From the NCBI GenBank assembly GCA_963737695.1, contig CAVTTQ010000008.1, positions 23,941 through 47,940 of the forward strand: a DNA stretch of 24,000 bases. Direction: 5' to 3'. This document shows positions 23,029-24,000 of this stretch, piece after piece. The DNA comes from an uncultured Actinomycetota bacterium (GTDB lineage: Bacteria; Actinomycetota; Actinomycetes; Frankiales; Frankiaceae). Numbering within the stretch: the stretch's first letter is position 1; every line of letters begins with the position of its first letter. A program made the translations under genes and the position numbers. The notes beneath the pieces were generated by a model. The model did no database searches and had not been told where the DNA came from. It saw only the letters and a program-made list of their open reading frames with translations.

Positions 23029-23710
23029 GCGCAGCGACCTCAACCAGCTCAGGGCAGAGCGTGGCTCCGCCTCGAGCGAGCCGGTCACCAGGTAGACCAC
23101 CCGGCGTGCCACCGACAACGGCATGGTCGGCGATCCGCTCGTAGAAGCGGCTGCACAGGGTGATGTCGACGGCCTCTTCGACGCTGCCTTCCCACTCGTC
23201 TTCCAGCAGCACATGGAAGAGCTGGCGGTGAAGCCGGTCGACCACGTCATCGTCCTGCTCGATCTGCTCGGCGAGCTGAATGTCGGAGGTGGCGATGATG
23301 CTGCCGGCCTTGGTCATGATCCGCTCACCGATCTGGCCCATCTCCAGCAGCGTGCTGCGCAGCGCCGGCGGGACGGCGGACGAGGGGTAACGCCGCCGGG
23401 CGACCTCGGCGATGTGTACGGAAAGATCGCCGCCGCGCTCGAGGTCGGAGACCATCCGCAGGCTGGCGACGATCCGGCGCAGATCGCCGGCGACCGGAGC
23501 CTGCCGAGCGAGCAGGTCAAAGGCCCGATCTTCGGCGTCGCGGTACTGCGCGTCGACCGCGGCGTCGCCGCTGATGACCTTCTCGGCGAGTTCGAGGTCG
23601 GCGTCGAGCAACGCGGTGGTCGCGCGGGCAACGGCGCTGGAGACAAGCCGGGTCATTTCGACCATCGACTGGGTGAGGGCATTCAAATCATCGTGGTACG
23701 CGTCGCGCAA
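22787..23710 (-). CDS. phoU: phosphate-signalling regulator PhoU, with a frameshift before the last conserved helix (possibly a pseudogene or sequence error)
   Basis: TTG 23710 is preceded by AGGAGG 8 nt upstream. MRDAYHDDLNALTQSMVEMTRL... contains two PhoU repeats (DxxxD / RFYERIADHA motifs). After ...RFYERIADHAV the annotated frame turns into about 95 aa of Gly/Arg/Pro-rich read-through to 22787. The expected SVARRVVYLVTG helix is in the adjacent frame (track ORF 22933-23250). The homology-supported part is roughly 23060-23710. Confidence 0.8.
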   Translation of the reverse strand: MRDAYHDDLNALTQSMVEMTRLVSSAVARATTALLDADLELAEKVISGDAAVDAQYRDAEDRAFDLLARQAPVAGDLRRIVASLRMVSDLERGGDLSVHIAEVARRRYPSSAVPPALRSTLLEMGQIGERIMTKAGSIIATSDIQLAEQIEQDDDVVDRLHRQLFHVLLEDEWEGSVEEAVDITLCSRFYERIADHAVVGGTPGGLPGDRLARGGATLCPELVEVAALSGCRLQRASDVPLQQQRATGGDVQPRKSAALTAEFEPGRQRDACPGPGISAAGSSPSPKGATVQPQQIAGVDARDLDLR

Positions 23711-24000
23711 GACTCAACCCTCCTGGATTGGAGCAGGACCGCAGGCTATCCATACCCTGCCCGTTGACCGCCGTTTCAACGGCAAAGAACCGATGGACGA
23801 GAAGTGAACGTCCGGTGCCGCGCGGCGTCGGCGGCGCGGATGCCGGGCTGCCGCCCATACGATCAAGAGCGTGGCATGGCTGCTGGGCGGTTTGCTCGGG
23901 CTGGCCTTGGGCTCTGCTCGGGGGGCTTGCCATTTCCCGGATCCGTCGGCGTCCTGAGCGCAGCCGGCGGCAGGTCGCAGGGCGATAAGCACCCGGCCGG

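Noticed and set aside
23728-24000. Possible start of a divergent phoR-like sensor kinase upstream of phoU. A hydrophobic stretch AWLLGGLLGLALGSA is followed in another frame by LAISRIRRRPERSRRQ.
   Set aside because: No single open frame reaches the window end with a credible start. The hydrophobic stretch is interrupted by stops or frame changes, and too little sequence remains to judge.
1-24000. CRISPR arrays, rRNA genes, riboswitches, integrases or prophage genes, toxin-antitoxin pairs, and known defence-system signatures.
   Set aside because: None was recognisable. The only repeats are the IS termini and duplication, the IS subterminal repeats, and codon-level tandem repeats inside the adaptor genes.

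Overview
Very GC-rich, actinobacterial-type chromosomal segment with strong G/C third-position bias. Many long antisense shadow ORFs in the track are not genes. Left to right:
(1) A partial conserved hypothetical gene lies downstream of a 940-aa LAL-type (AAA ATPase + TPR-like + LuxR HTH) regulator, both on the minus strand.
(2) Divergent from the regulator is a four-gene plus-strand operon. It encodes three tandem paralogous secreted ~190-aa proteins and a translationally coupled, C-terminally membrane-anchored Ig-like protein. This is my best candidate for an undescribed cell-surface or fibre system.
(3) Next come a nitronate monooxygenase, a small PLDc_N-type membrane protein, a lipoprotein and a small ABM-like protein.
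(4) A 1330-bp IS481-family element sits 4 nt downstream of the 3' end of tRNA-Pro(GGG), flanked by a 16-bp target duplication. Its transposase is frameshifted.
(5) A five-gene, fully translationally coupled minus-strand operon follows: HlyD-like adaptor, ABC ATPase, FtsX/MacB-type permease, DUF5666-like lipoprotein, then a second giant low-complexity adaptor. All three extracytoplasmic proteins end in Gly-rich tails.
(6) Then a HelD-like RNAP-associated helicase, a divergent frameshifted MhpA-like FAD monooxygenase, and two small membrane proteins.
(7) A PatB/MalY-type aminotransferase is broken by about 13 frame changes. A convergent phoU carries a frameshift before its last conserved helix.
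Nearly all frame disruptions look like single-base insertions in short G/C runs. The window therefore shows either real gene decay or local assembly error, and this must be resolved before interpretation. No CRISPR array, rRNA or recognisable defence system was seen.
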